The notes under the pieces: generated by a model | The model's database searches: none | Told to the model about the DNA's origin: nothing | Seen by the model: only the letters and a program-made list of their open reading frames with translations | Made by a program: the position numbers and the translations under genes | Shown: positions 9,666-18,217 of the stretch, in pieces | Numbering within the stretch: position 1 is the stretch's first letter | How the letters are laid out: each line of letters starts with the position of its first letter | Assembly (NCBI GenBank): GCA_043820855.1 | Contig: JBDRDK010000062.1 | Coordinates: 82-64,081, forward strand | Direction of reading: 5' to 3' | DNA: 64,000 nt | Source of the DNA: a bacterium | GTDB taxonomy: Bacteria; Patescibacteriota; UBA1384; JBDRDK01

Positions 9666-10313
9666 ATGACTATTTGGGATAAAATTTATAAAGATTATCA
9701 GGTTGGCGGACAAGCTTGGGCAACGATTGAAGGAAGAATTCTTCCCCAATTTTTAGATTTTCTAAAAAACAATAAGTTTACCAAAAAGCATGTTTTAGAA
9801 ATAGGTTGCGGAACAGGCAAATATCTTGTTTTGTTGCAAAAACTAGGTTTTAAAACCGATGGAATCGATTCCAGTAAAACAGCCGTTGAAATAACGAAGA
9901 AAAATCTTAAAGATAATTCTAATATTAAATTAGCAGATATGTTTCAATATAATATTCCACAAAACCAATATGATTTGATTTTCTCGATTTTTTCTATTCA
10001 TCATGGATATAAAGATCAAGTTAAAAAAACAATAGAAGAAATCTATAAAACACTTTTACCTAACGGAAAAATCTTTATCACTTTGCCGGATTATGAAAGC
10101 AGTAAAAACTGGGATACTTTTAAAAATAACCAAGATTTAAATAATGGGACTTTTGCTCCACTTACTGGACCAGAAAAAGATCTGCCTCACAGTTTTTACA
10201 TTAAAAAAGAAGTAAAAGAATTGTTTAGGAAATTTACTAACGTAAATATCGAATTGGAACAAACTGGCAAGATAGTGCACGGTAATTGGATAATCTCTGG
10301 TGAAAAGAAATAA
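9666..10313 (+). CDS. class I SAM-dependent methyltransferase
   Basis: Motif I VLEIGCGTGKY; 215 aa. Confidence 0.75.
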   Translation: MTIWDKIYKDYQVGGQAWATIEGRILPQFLDFLKNNKFTKKHVLEIGCGTGKYLVLLQKLGFKTDGIDSSKTAVEITKKNLKDNSNIKLADMFQYNIPQNQYDLIFSIFSIHHGYKDQVKKTIEEIYKTLLPNGKIFITLPDYESSKNWDTFKNNQDLNNGTFAPLTGPEKDLPHSFYIKKEVKELFRKFTNVNIELEQTGKIVHGNWIISGEKK

Positions 10314-10382
10314 TAAATATTTTGTCTCAGACTAAGCAAAAAGTACTAGACCTATATACTCAGCCATTTATATAGGAAACAA

Positions 10383-10405
10383 AACCACCAAAAGGTGGTT
10401 TTTTG
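10383..10405 (+). terminator. rho-independent terminator
   Basis: Stem AACCACC / GGTGGTT with loop AAAA, followed by TTTTT. Confidence 0.8.
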
Positions 10406-10435
10406 TTATAATACAAATAGATCAATAAATAAATT

Positions 10436-10494
10436 GTCCAGCTTACGCCCAGTGCTACGGTGGACTTCTCGATCCTCATTAGAGGTATCGGGAG
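10436..10494. repeat. GC-rich hairpin module in the 5' leader of the response-regulator gene
   Basis: Stems GTCCA...TGGAC (10436-10465) and CTCGAT-CCTC-ATTA-GAGG-T-ATCGGG (10468-10492). The module ends directly before the GGAG RBS. Confidence 0.55.
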
Positions 10495-10505
10495 CAAAGG
10501 TTAAT

Positions 10506-10877
10506 ATGGCCAAAAAAATATTGGTAGTAGAGGACGATAAAGATATCCGGACAGTATTGGTGAAAAAATTAAAATTAGAAAAGTTTAGCGTATCAGAAGC
10601 TAAGAATGGAAAAGAAGGTCTAGAAATAACAAAATCAAAAAAACCAGATTTGATTTTGCTTGATATTCAAATGCCAGTTATGGATGGACTGGCTTATTTA
10701 AAAGAACTTAGAGCTGAAAAGTGGGGAGAAAATATTCCAGTAATAATGCTTACTAATTTAAGTGACAATGAGAAAATAGCTGAAGCAGTTAAATACAACG
10801 CTAGTGAGTATTTGGTTAAGTCTGACTGGAAAATGGAAGATGTAGTGCAAAAAATCCGAGGTAAGATAGATAATTAA
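10506..10877 (+). CDS. single-domain response regulator (CheY-like receiver)
   Basis: MAKKILVVEDD, LILLDIQMPVMDG and the conserved K region. The ATG at 10506 follows GGAGCAAAGG. The tracked upstream extension runs through the repeat module and is rejected. Confidence 0.85.
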   Translation: MAKKILVVEDDKDIRTVLVKKLKLEKFSVSEAKNGKEGLEITKSKKPDLILLDIQMPVMDGLAYLKELRAEKWGENIPVIMLTNLSDNEKIAEAVKYNASEYLVKSDWKMEDVVQKIRGKIDN

Positions 10878-11632
10878 AAACCAAATACATTATTATTTGG
10901 TTTAGTAATTTTAATAAATTCAAATTGATTAAAAATTCTCTCTTGAGTATCTGATAGTTCAGTACTCCCATAAAATTCAAGAACGTATTGAACTTTTTTA
11001 TATGTGGTTCTATATGCAACAAATGGATCTGATTTATTGCCGTCCACTACAGTACCTTCGGGAAATTCATGTTTGGTGGCATTTTGTTCACTAATTTTTA
11101 GAGATTTTGATGACTTTTGTCCTAAATATTCATCTTCTGGGTATTCATATAGTCCGGATTTAAAGATTGCTATTGTTTGATTATCTTTTTCGAGTGCAAA
11201 TACAGGAATTAAGTCATCTTCTGTATAATCAATCAATATTAAATCTGTAGGATAAAAAAACTGATATTCATGTTTGTAATTTTTAAAAGGTATATATATA
11301 ATCCCCCGATCTAAATCTCCCACAGTTTCTTCTAAGTCAGTGACTTGATCATTTAATTTGTTTTTGTCTTCTTCTAATTTTTCAATCTGATCTCGAAAGC
11401 TTTTGACTTGATTGTTTTTTGATAATCCACCTATACTATAGCCAGCGAAAAACAGTCCAATTATAATTACAACTAATACAACCCATATAATACTAGATCT
11501 AAATTGAAATCTGGGTTTTGGGGGTGGTGGTAGTCCAATATCATTAACATCTGGATTCTCAGCACTAAGATTATTAGCTGGGGGGGGAGATTGTAGATTG
11601 TTATTAGGTGTTTGAGGAGATTGATCCTCCAT
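10874..11632 (-). CDS. hypothetical membrane-anchored protein with a coiled-coil segment
   Basis: AGGAGG precedes the start. It has a Pro-rich N-terminus, one TM helix (IIWVVLVVIIIGLFFAGY) and a coiled coil (QIEKLEEDKNKLNDQVTDLEE). Confidence 0.6.
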   Translation of the reverse strand: MEDQSPQTPNNNLQSPPPANNLSAENPDVNDIGLPPPPKPRFQFRSSIIWVVLVVIIIGLFFAGYSIGGLSKNNQVKSFRDQIEKLEEDKNKLNDQVTDLEETVGDLDRGIIYIPFKNYKHEYQFFYPTDLILIDYTEDDLIPVFALEKDNQTIAIFKSGLYEYPEDEYLGQKSSKSLKISEQNATKHEFPEGTVVDGNKSDPFVAYRTTYKKVQYVLEFYGSTELSDTQERIFNQFEFIKITKPNNNVFGF

Positions 11633-11710
11633 AAATCCTCCTTATATAGTCGATACTTTTATTTATTATAGCACAATCATATAATTAGTATTTCTGTTAT
11701 TATATAATAA

Positions 11711-12649
11711 ATGCCAGACAATATTTTATTTTTAATTTCGCTTGTTGCCTTGTTTCTTAGCGGATCTTGGGCCATTAACGCCCTTGAGAATTTTGGCAGA
11801 ATTTTACGTCTAAGCCAATTTACATTGGGCTTTGTAATTATGGCATTTGCAACTAATTTACCCGAATTATTTGTAGGGGTTAATGCAGTTGCCCAAGATC
11901 AAACTCAATTATCATTTGGTGATTTGATAGGATCAAATTTAGTAAACTTGGGTTTAATTCTCGGGTTAGTTTTTATATTGGGTAAGAAACAAGATTATCA
12001 GCCGATATTTAAAAGAGATATCATGATAAATCTATTTATAGTAGCAGTATTGTTTTTATTTATTTCAGACGGATTATTGTCTCAAGTAGAAGGTTTTATA
12101 TTATTATTCTTTTTTGGTTTTCGTTTGTATTCTTTATTTAAAGAACAAGATCTAGTAGTTGGAAAAGTAAAAAAATTGTATGAGCCAAAAAGTAAATCGT
12201 TCATCCACTTGCTTAGTTTTTTCTTTTTTACTGCTTTACTCTTGATATCCGCCTATTATGTGGTAACACTAGGTACAGAAATAGCGAAGAATTTTGGAGT
12301 TTCTTCTTTTGTGGTGGGGCTTGTAGCAGTTGCGTTTGGAACTTCACTACCTGAATTGATATTTAGTATTCATGCAGTAGTGCGCAATAAAATGACAATG
12401 GCAATTGGTAATCTGTTGGGTAGTGCATTAATTAATTTTACTCTTATTCTTGGTTTTGTAGCTGCATTAAAGCCAATATCATTTAATACAGAAAATGTAT
12501 GGTGGAGTATTATTTGTTTAACAATTATTTCCTTAATTTTATTTACAGCTGAAATTAAAAAGTTTAATAATAATTTATTACTAGGAATTTTTTTAGTAAC
12601 AGTTTATCTGCTATATATAGTAGGTGAATTAAATATCATTACTGTTTGA
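11711..12649 (+). CDS. Ca2+/cation antiporter (CaCA, YrbG-like sodium/calcium exchanger family)
   Basis: Two alpha-repeat signatures (ATNLPELFVG and GTSLPELIFS) and roughly 10 TM helices. Confidence 0.8.
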   Translation: MPDNILFLISLVALFLSGSWAINALENFGRILRLSQFTLGFVIMAFATNLPELFVGVNAVAQDQTQLSFGDLIGSNLVNLGLILGLVFILGKKQDYQPIFKRDIMINLFIVAVLFLFISDGLLSQVEGFILLFFFGFRLYSLFKEQDLVVGKVKKLYEPKSKSFIHLLSFFFFTALLLISAYYVVTLGTEIAKNFGVSSFVVGLVAVAFGTSLPELIFSIHAVVRNKMTMAIGNLLGSALINFTLILGFVAALKPISFNTENVWWSIICLTIISLILFTAEIKKFNNNLLLGIFLVTVYLLYIVGELNIITV

Positions 12650-12667
12650 TCAGATAAAATTGAAATA

Positions 12668-13288
12668 ATGAGTAATCAAGATTTAATAAGATATCTGGAA
12701 GAATCAGGTTTATTGAAAAGTCCAAAGCTTAAAGTAGCATTACAAAAAAATCCAAGAGAGCTTTTTGTTGGTAAAAAAAATCTAAGTACGGCATACTTAG
12801 ATTCAGCTCTTTCTATTGGTTTTGGCCAAACAATATCTCAACCAACTACAGTCGTTATTATGTTGGAATTGTTAGATGTTCGCAAAGATCAAAAAATTCT
12901 CGAAATAGGTTACGGGTCAGGGTGGCAAACCGCTATTTTAGCTGGACTAGTCGGAGATAGGGGTTGTGTGTATGCTTTTGAGATAATTCATGAACTAGCT
13001 GATTTTGGTGAAAAAAATTTAACCAAACTTAATTTTAAAAATATTAAAACCTTTCATACTGACTATAAGGATAAATTAGATCAAATTGGAAAAGTAGATC
13101 GAATTATTTCTGGAGCTGCTTTTGAAGAAATTCCTAAAGATTTGAAGCAGATTTTAAATATAGGTGGTAGGTTAGTTGTTCCCACCCACCAACACGATAT
13201 ACGCCTTATAATTCGTAAGAACACAAATCAATATATGGAAAATATTTTTCCTGGTTTTGTATTTGTACCAATAACCCACAAAAGATAA
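12668..13288 (+). CDS. pcm: protein-L-isoaspartate O-methyltransferase
   Basis: GQTISQPTTVVIMLELL, ILEIGYGSGWQTA and GGRLVVP. Confidence 0.85.
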   Translation: MSNQDLIRYLEESGLLKSPKLKVALQKNPRELFVGKKNLSTAYLDSALSIGFGQTISQPTTVVIMLELLDVRKDQKILEIGYGSGWQTAILAGLVGDRGCVYAFEIIHELADFGEKNLTKLNFKNIKTFHTDYKDKLDQIGKVDRIISGAAFEEIPKDLKQILNIGGRLVVPTHQHDIRLIIRKNTNQYMENIFPGFVFVPITHKR

Positions 13289-13326
13289 TATATAGTAATA
13301 TACTAGTAATTATTTTAATTAAAGAT

Positions 13327-14106
13327 ATGATGCAGAATTTATTTGAAAAAGCTTACGCTGCTACATCTAATACCTGTCAAAGTTCTCGATTTTGGGAATG
13401 TTCAGATATGGTGTCCCAGAATTTTAATTTTAGTCTTACTACTTTTTGGATCATTACTTCTGCGGCATTAGTTGATTCTATTAATCCTTGTGCTATAGCT
13501 GTACTTTTAATTCTCCTGGGTTCACTTTTAGTTACTAAAGATAGAAAGCAGGTATTAAAAACTGGTTTACTTTTTTGTTTGGGGTTATTTATTGCTTATT
13601 TTTTAGCTGGTTTAGGACTTTTTTCGGTATTTAGTTTTTTTGAGTTACAAAGATACGCAGAATATATTCATTGGGTAATTGGTGGTTTGGCGATATTTTT
13701 AGGACTTTTTAATATCAAAGATTTTTTCTGGTATGGCAAAGGTGCAGCAATGGAGATTCCAAATTCATGGCGACCCACTATGAGAAAGTTTCTACAGAGT
13801 ATAGCTAGTCCGATCGGGGCATTTTTGGCTGGTTTTGTTATTATTTTATTTGAATTACCGTGTACTGGAGGTCCATATTTATTTACAGTTGGATATCTGT
13901 CAACTTTATCAAAGGTGGTGGTTATACCAATTTTGATTTATTATAACTTACTGTTTATCCTTCCACTACTTATAATTATAGGTTTGATTTATTTGGGTAG
14001 ATCAAGTGTGGAATCTACCAAAAAATGGAAAAATCGAAATATCCGTGTCTTGCATCTCATAGCCGGTTTAATACTACTGGGTTTGGGTATCTGGGTAATC
14101 ACTTAA
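13327..14106 (+). CDS. CcdA/DsbD-like transmembrane thiol-disulfide transfer protein
   Basis: Polytopic membrane protein with membrane-embedded Cys motifs INPCAIAVL and ELPCTGGPY. The exact start is uncertain. Confidence 0.55.
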   Translation: MMQNLFEKAYAATSNTCQSSRFWECSDMVSQNFNFSLTTFWIITSAALVDSINPCAIAVLLILLGSLLVTKDRKQVLKTGLLFCLGLFIAYFLAGLGLFSVFSFFELQRYAEYIHWVIGGLAIFLGLFNIKDFFWYGKGAAMEIPNSWRPTMRKFLQSIASPIGAFLAGFVIILFELPCTGGPYLFTVGYLSTLSKVVVIPILIYYNLLFILPLLIIIGLIYLGRSSVESTKKWKNRNIRVLHLIAGLILLGLGIWVIT

Positions 14107-14170
14107 TAAATTCATAACAAATCTGATATAATTATATAGTAAGAGTGATTTAATAAGATCGAGGGGCAAT

Positions 14171-14947
14171 ATGAAAAAATATATTATATTTCTATTAGCT
14201 GTACTAACAGCTTTTTTATTTTATACAAATCCTAAATCTGCTAGTGCAATAGCGTTATTGTCACTATCCCCGAATAGTGAGGGCTCCACAGGGATTGAAT
14301 TAACCATTAAGGGTGAACAGTTTTGTGTGCACAATGCAGGCTTCCCAGTTACGGTAATGTGGGACGGAGCTCCGATAAATGTTGTAGCAGCTCCTAGTTT
14401 TGAGATAAAATATACGGTTCCATCGGATACTACAGAAGGATCACATATTATTTTAGCTATAGCTAATTGCCCAGGACAGCTACCAGCAATTCCGCCTTCA
14501 GTAGATCAGGCAACAACCACTTATACAGTAGTTGTTGAAAGTGAAGATACACCAAGTAAAAATTCAACCGGTGATGAAACTGACACTAAGTCTGAAGAAG
14601 ATGAACAAGCAACTACGATTATTGCTGACAGTGACCAACAGAATAAAGAAGACAAAGAAAATAAAGATGAAAGCACTTCAAATCCTTGGTATTCTAATTG
14701 GGTTTATCTTGGTTTGTTGGGTTTGGGTCTAATACTGTTAATTGTGGGTATTGTTTTGATAGTACGTTCTAAAAAAAATAAATCTTCTAAATCTGAATTA
14801 AAATCAGACATAAAACAACCTATTGAAAATAGGGACATAATATCTAAGCCACAATTAAAAACAATTTCGAAACCCCCAGTATCCCAAAAACCCTCCAAGG
14901 ATAATACTCCAGAAACTATAAAATCAAGAGTAGAATACGAAGAATAA
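14171..14947 (+). CDS. secreted or surface protein: signal peptide, Ig-like domain, acidic linker, C-terminal TM anchor
   Basis: GAGGGG RBS. Signal peptide MKKYIIFLLAVLTAFLF...ASA, a TM helix (VYLGLLGLGLILLIVGIVLIV) and a basic tail. Confidence 0.6.
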   Translation: MKKYIIFLLAVLTAFLFYTNPKSASAIALLSLSPNSEGSTGIELTIKGEQFCVHNAGFPVTVMWDGAPINVVAAPSFEIKYTVPSDTTEGSHIILAIANCPGQLPAIPPSVDQATTTYTVVVESEDTPSKNSTGDETDTKSEEDEQATTIIADSDQQNKEDKENKDESTSNPWYSNWVYLGLLGLGLILLIVGIVLIVRSKKNKSSKSELKSDIKQPIENRDIISKPQLKTISKPPVSQKPSKDNTPETIKSRVEYEE

Positions 14948-14991
14948 TATAAAAAAATAATTAGTTATTAGTAGTTAGAAATAAGAAATTA

Positions 14992-15022
14992 AAAATCCTT
15001 TACCAATTAGTAGAGGATTTTT
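14992..15022. terminator. hairpin terminator (AT-rich 8-bp stem)
   Basis: AAAATCCT / AGGATTTT with a 14-nt loop, flanked by A-runs and T-runs. Confidence 0.5.
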
Positions 15023-15024
15023 AA

Positions 15025-15052
15025 TTGACACGAAACTTATATCTGCTATAAT
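15025..15052 (+). promoter_or_regulatory. near-consensus sigma-70 promoter of the XRE gene
   Basis: TTGACA (15025-15030), 16 nt, TATAAT (15047-15052), with an extended -10 TGC. A leader hairpin GCCCTG / CAGGGC (15076-15096) comes next, then TAAGGAG and the ATG at 15113. Confidence 0.6.
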
Positions 15053-15112
15053 GTTTTGGCACTTTAAAAATTCTAGCCCTGTTTGGAAGGCAGGGCATAA
15101 GGAGTTCTCCCG

Positions 15113-15733
15113 ATGGGTAGTAAGAAACCAGATCGGGAAGGTACGAAGAAGAAAAAAGGAGAAGACAACGAGCACTCAGACGGCACTGCAGTAAACAAAG
15201 TTAATATTCCAATAGGTTCTTCAACTGAGAAGGACCCACGGCGCGTATTATTTGGAACAATACTTCGCAAGATTCGCAAAGTAAGAGGCAAGAGCATATT
15301 TGAACTTGCCAGAGAAGCACAGACAGATGCTGGCTATATAAGTCGGCTAGAAAACGCTCATCGCAATCCACCATCACCAAAGATTTTGCAACGTTTTGCA
15401 GATGCTCTTACTATCCGCGTTGATTTTTTGATGATAGCAGCGAGATATCTGGAATATGATTTAGCTGGAGATAAATATTCTCCAGAAGGAATTATTAAAC
15501 TTGTTGAACGCGAACTGTTTGGAGATGGTGAACCACCTCAAAGTATTGATCTTGAACCTACTGCTGATAGTGTTGACGAGAAATATTCTGTGATACCTCT
15601 AATACAAAATGAAGCACTATGTATGGGGGTCACGGATGACGGAACACCAGTTATAGGAAAGGCCATGCTTATAATTGCAAATACTGAACAGGGACCAGTT
15701 CATGTTTCTGAAATTACTCATCTTTTGGAGTAA
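15113..15733 (+). CDS. XRE-family helix-turn-helix transcriptional regulator with a Lys-rich N-terminal tail and an unassigned C-terminal domain
   Basis: HTH segment LRKIRKVRGKSIFELAREAQTDAGYISRLENAHRNPPSPKILQRFADAL. A strong RBS precedes the start. G+C is visibly higher than in neighbouring genes. Confidence 0.8.
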   Translation: MGSKKPDREGTKKKKGEDNEHSDGTAVNKVNIPIGSSTEKDPRRVLFGTILRKIRKVRGKSIFELAREAQTDAGYISRLENAHRNPPSPKILQRFADALTIRVDFLMIAARYLEYDLAGDKYSPEGIIKLVERELFGDGEPPQSIDLEPTADSVDEKYSVIPLIQNEALCMGVTDDGTPVIGKAMLIIANTEQGPVHVSEITHLLE

Positions 15734-15765
15734 GATGAGAGTAATAATAACGGATTGGTTGTCAG

Positions 15766-15790
15766 CCGGGCGCACGCGCCCGGTTTTTTT
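15766..15790 (+). terminator. strong GC-rich rho-independent terminator
   Basis: CCGGGCG...CGCCCGG followed by TTTTTTT. Confidence 0.85.
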
Positions 15791-15848
15791 GTTATAATAA
15801 AAAAGAATTTAGCGTAGAATATAAAGAATAATAAAACCCTTACGAATA

Positions 15849-16829
15849 ATGAAACAAGTAAATAATAAAACCTCAGCTTTTTATAAGTTACAACAAGTTG
15901 TTGGTGATCATCACATTAAAGCTAAAACGAAATTTACAGGTTCTCACCAAAAAGCTCATAAAACCTTAAAAAAGCACAGCCGAACTTTAGATGAGATACG
16001 TACCAAAGGAGCACTAGCAGCTTCAACTGCTGCTATCGCTAGTATTTTGGCCACTAGTCCAGTGGCAATCGCTGAAAACCCTCCTGTTGATAATCCAGAG
16101 AATCCAAACAAAAACCAAATTAAAATCGAAGAACAAAAAAAAGACTTACCACCAGCTGAAGTACCAGACAAACCTGAAGTTTTTGCTCAAAAAATTCGCA
16201 GTATTATAGGTAATAAATCCAGACTTTCACCTGAAGATGAAAAAGCTCTAGGACAGTTAATAAGTGAACACTTTGGTGTAAAAGCTTCAGCAGAACTTGA
16301 TGGAAACAGGTTGAATGTTAGTTATGGTATGATCGGCGGGGAGCAACACTTACCCAGATATCCGGGTGATACAGCTGCTGCTCATTATACAGAGGGGGAA
16401 GATATATATCCAACTCTTTCAGGAATTACACCAGGAAGGGGAGCGTGGGGTTATTTTGCTCCATCAAAAGGCGCTTTAACAGAAGACTTGAAAACTACAG
16501 AACAATATTATTTAGTAGGTCAAACATTTTTGGCGCCAGGTTGGGGGTCAAGAACCAAAGAGTTATATGATTGGTTCAAATACAGAAAAATGATCGTAAT
16601 AAATACTAATACTGGTAAGGCTTGCGTAGGAGAGCTTGGAGATTCTGGGCCTGCTACTTGGACTGGAAAATCTTTTGGTGGTTCACCCGAAGTAATGATC
16701 CATGTTGGTTATTCTACGGGATCCCGAAAAGGGCCTGTTGTGATGTTTTTTCTCGATGATGCAGAAAATCAAGTATCTTTAGGAAAAATCGAAGCTCAAG
16801 TACCAAATACAAATTTATTTAATAAATAA
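15849..16829 (+). CDS. hypothetical exported protein; the C-terminal domain may be RlpA-like (double-psi beta-barrel), but this is a weak call
   Basis: Basic N-terminus, then a hydrophobic segment ALAASTAAIASILATSPVAIA. KMIVINTNTGKACVGELGDSGPATWTGKSFGGSPEVM loosely resembles the DPBB core (V.V.N..NGKSV.V.V.DRGP). Confidence 0.4.
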   Translation: MKQVNNKTSAFYKLQQVVGDHHIKAKTKFTGSHQKAHKTLKKHSRTLDEIRTKGALAASTAAIASILATSPVAIAENPPVDNPENPNKNQIKIEEQKKDLPPAEVPDKPEVFAQKIRSIIGNKSRLSPEDEKALGQLISEHFGVKASAELDGNRLNVSYGMIGGEQHLPRYPGDTAAAHYTEGEDIYPTLSGITPGRGAWGYFAPSKGALTEDLKTTEQYYLVGQTFLAPGWGSRTKELYDWFKYRKMIVINTNTGKACVGELGDSGPATWTGKSFGGSPEVMIHVGYSTGSRKGPVVMFFLDDAENQVSLGKIEAQVPNTNLFNK

Positions 16830-16838
16830 TATTATATT

Positions 16839-17174
16839 ATGCGAAGAAAAACATTTTTTAGTCATCTTTTGGACACTGATCAGCTAATTATGATGGTAGA
16901 GCGGTTGCTTGAGATCGAGGAAGAAAAACTCGAGATTTTGGATATGATCGACTCAACATTGCATCACCGAGTTATAGATAAAGTATTAGATGAATTAGAT
17001 GATAGACATCATGAATTGTTTATGACTGAATATTCTCGAGATCCTGGAAATGAAGAGTTGCTGTATTTTTTAAAAAAACACATTCCGGATATTGAAGACA
17101 AAATCCAATTGGAATCTAAAGCCACACAATCTAGTTTATTTGAAGACATCAAGAAGCTAGAAGCAAATAACTAG
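16839..17174 (+). CDS. hypothetical small acidic helical protein
   Basis: 111-aa ORF starting 9 nt after the upstream stop. I recognise no motif. Confidence 0.45.
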   Translation: MRRKTFFSHLLDTDQLIMMVERLLEIEEEKLEILDMIDSTLHHRVIDKVLDELDDRHHELFMTEYSRDPGNEELLYFLKKHIPDIEDKIQLESKATQSSLFEDIKKLEANN

Positions 17175-17203
17175 TAACCAATCACTAATAACTAAAGCTA
17201 ATC

Positions 17204-18217
17204 ATGAGAATTGCTATTTTTGAGACTGAAAAATATGAAATTGATCCACTAACAAAAAGATTAAAAAATCTCGATGTTGGGTTTTATAAAGAAAAATTAA
17301 CTCATGAAATTCTGGACAAAGTGCAGGATTATGAAATTATCAGTGTATTTTTTCAGTCTAGATTAAATGCAGAACTGCTCAAACATCTCCCAAAGCTTAA
17401 ATTTATTGCTACTCGTTCCACTGGTTTTGATCATATCGATTTGGATTATTGTGAAAAAAACAATATAAAAGTATCCAATGTACCGTTTTATGGTGGAAAC
17501 TCAGTAGCCGAACATACATTTGCTTTGATTCTAGCATTATCGAGAAAAATAATTGAATCCCATAATAAAACTGAAAAAATGGATTTTGATTTTCATGGCT
17601 TGATGGGATTCAAACTGCAAGGAAAAACGATCGGGATAGTTGGAATGGGTCACATCGGACAATATGTTGCTCGAATTGCCAATGGTTTTGAAATGAATAT
17701 TATCACTTATGACTTACATCAAGATAGTGAATTGGCAAAGAAATTGAATTTTAAGTATGCGGCGAGCTTAGATGAACTTCTAGGAGATAGTGATGTAATA
17801 ACTTTGCATGCTCCATATAATGGGTACACTCATCACCTGATCAATAAAAACAATATATCAAAAATCAAAAAAGGTGCATTGTTTATTAATACTGCACGGG
17901 GTGGATTAGTAGAGACCGAGGCATTAGTAGAGGCTCTTAATACTGGAATAATTTCTGGTGCGGGTTTGGATGTGTTGGAACAAGAAGAAAATATCAAAGA
18001 AGAAGTCGAACTTTTGAAGGGTAATTTTAACACATCTGATTTGAAAACAGTAATAGAAAATCATATATTGGTTGCTCGGGAAGATGTTATTATTACACCC
18101 CATAACGCTTTTAACACTAAGGACGCTGTACAAAAAATACTGGACGTGACTGCTGATAATATTTTAGCATTTATGAATAACAAACCAATCAATCTAGTAA
18201 AATCAAAAACTGAATGA
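17204..18217 (+). CDS. D-isomer-specific 2-hydroxyacid dehydrogenase (D-lactate/phosphoglycerate dehydrogenase-like)
   Basis: NAD-binding motif GIVGMGHIGQYVARIA, a catalytic-region ARGGLV, and PHNAF (the histidine region). Confidence 0.85.
   Translation: MRIAIFETEKYEIDPLTKRLKNLDVGFYKEKLTHEILDKVQDYEIISVFFQSRLNAELLKHLPKLKFIATRSTGFDHIDLDYCEKNNIKVSNVPFYGGNSVAEHTFALILALSRKIIESHNKTEKMDFDFHGLMGFKLQGKTIGIVGMGHIGQYVARIANGFEMNIITYDLHQDSELAKKLNFKYAASLDELLGDSDVITLHAPYNGYTHHLINKNNISKIKKGALFINTARGGLVETEALVEALNTGIISGAGLDVLEQEENIKEEVELLKGNFNTSDLKTVIENHILVAREDVIITPHNAFNTKDAVQKILDVTADNILAFMNNKPINLVKSKTE

Noticed and set aside
10395-10505. An N-terminal extension of the response regulator.
   Set aside because: The extension runs through a terminator and a GC-rich repeat module. 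MAKKILVVEDD, preceded by an RBS at 10506, is the normal receiver-domain start.
14975-15297. Minus-strand ORFs 14975-15175 and 15073-15297, which overlap the XRE promoter and 5' end.
   Set aside because: They overlap each other and a well-supported promoter/RBS/CDS on the plus strand. They have no start context and appear to be shadow frames.
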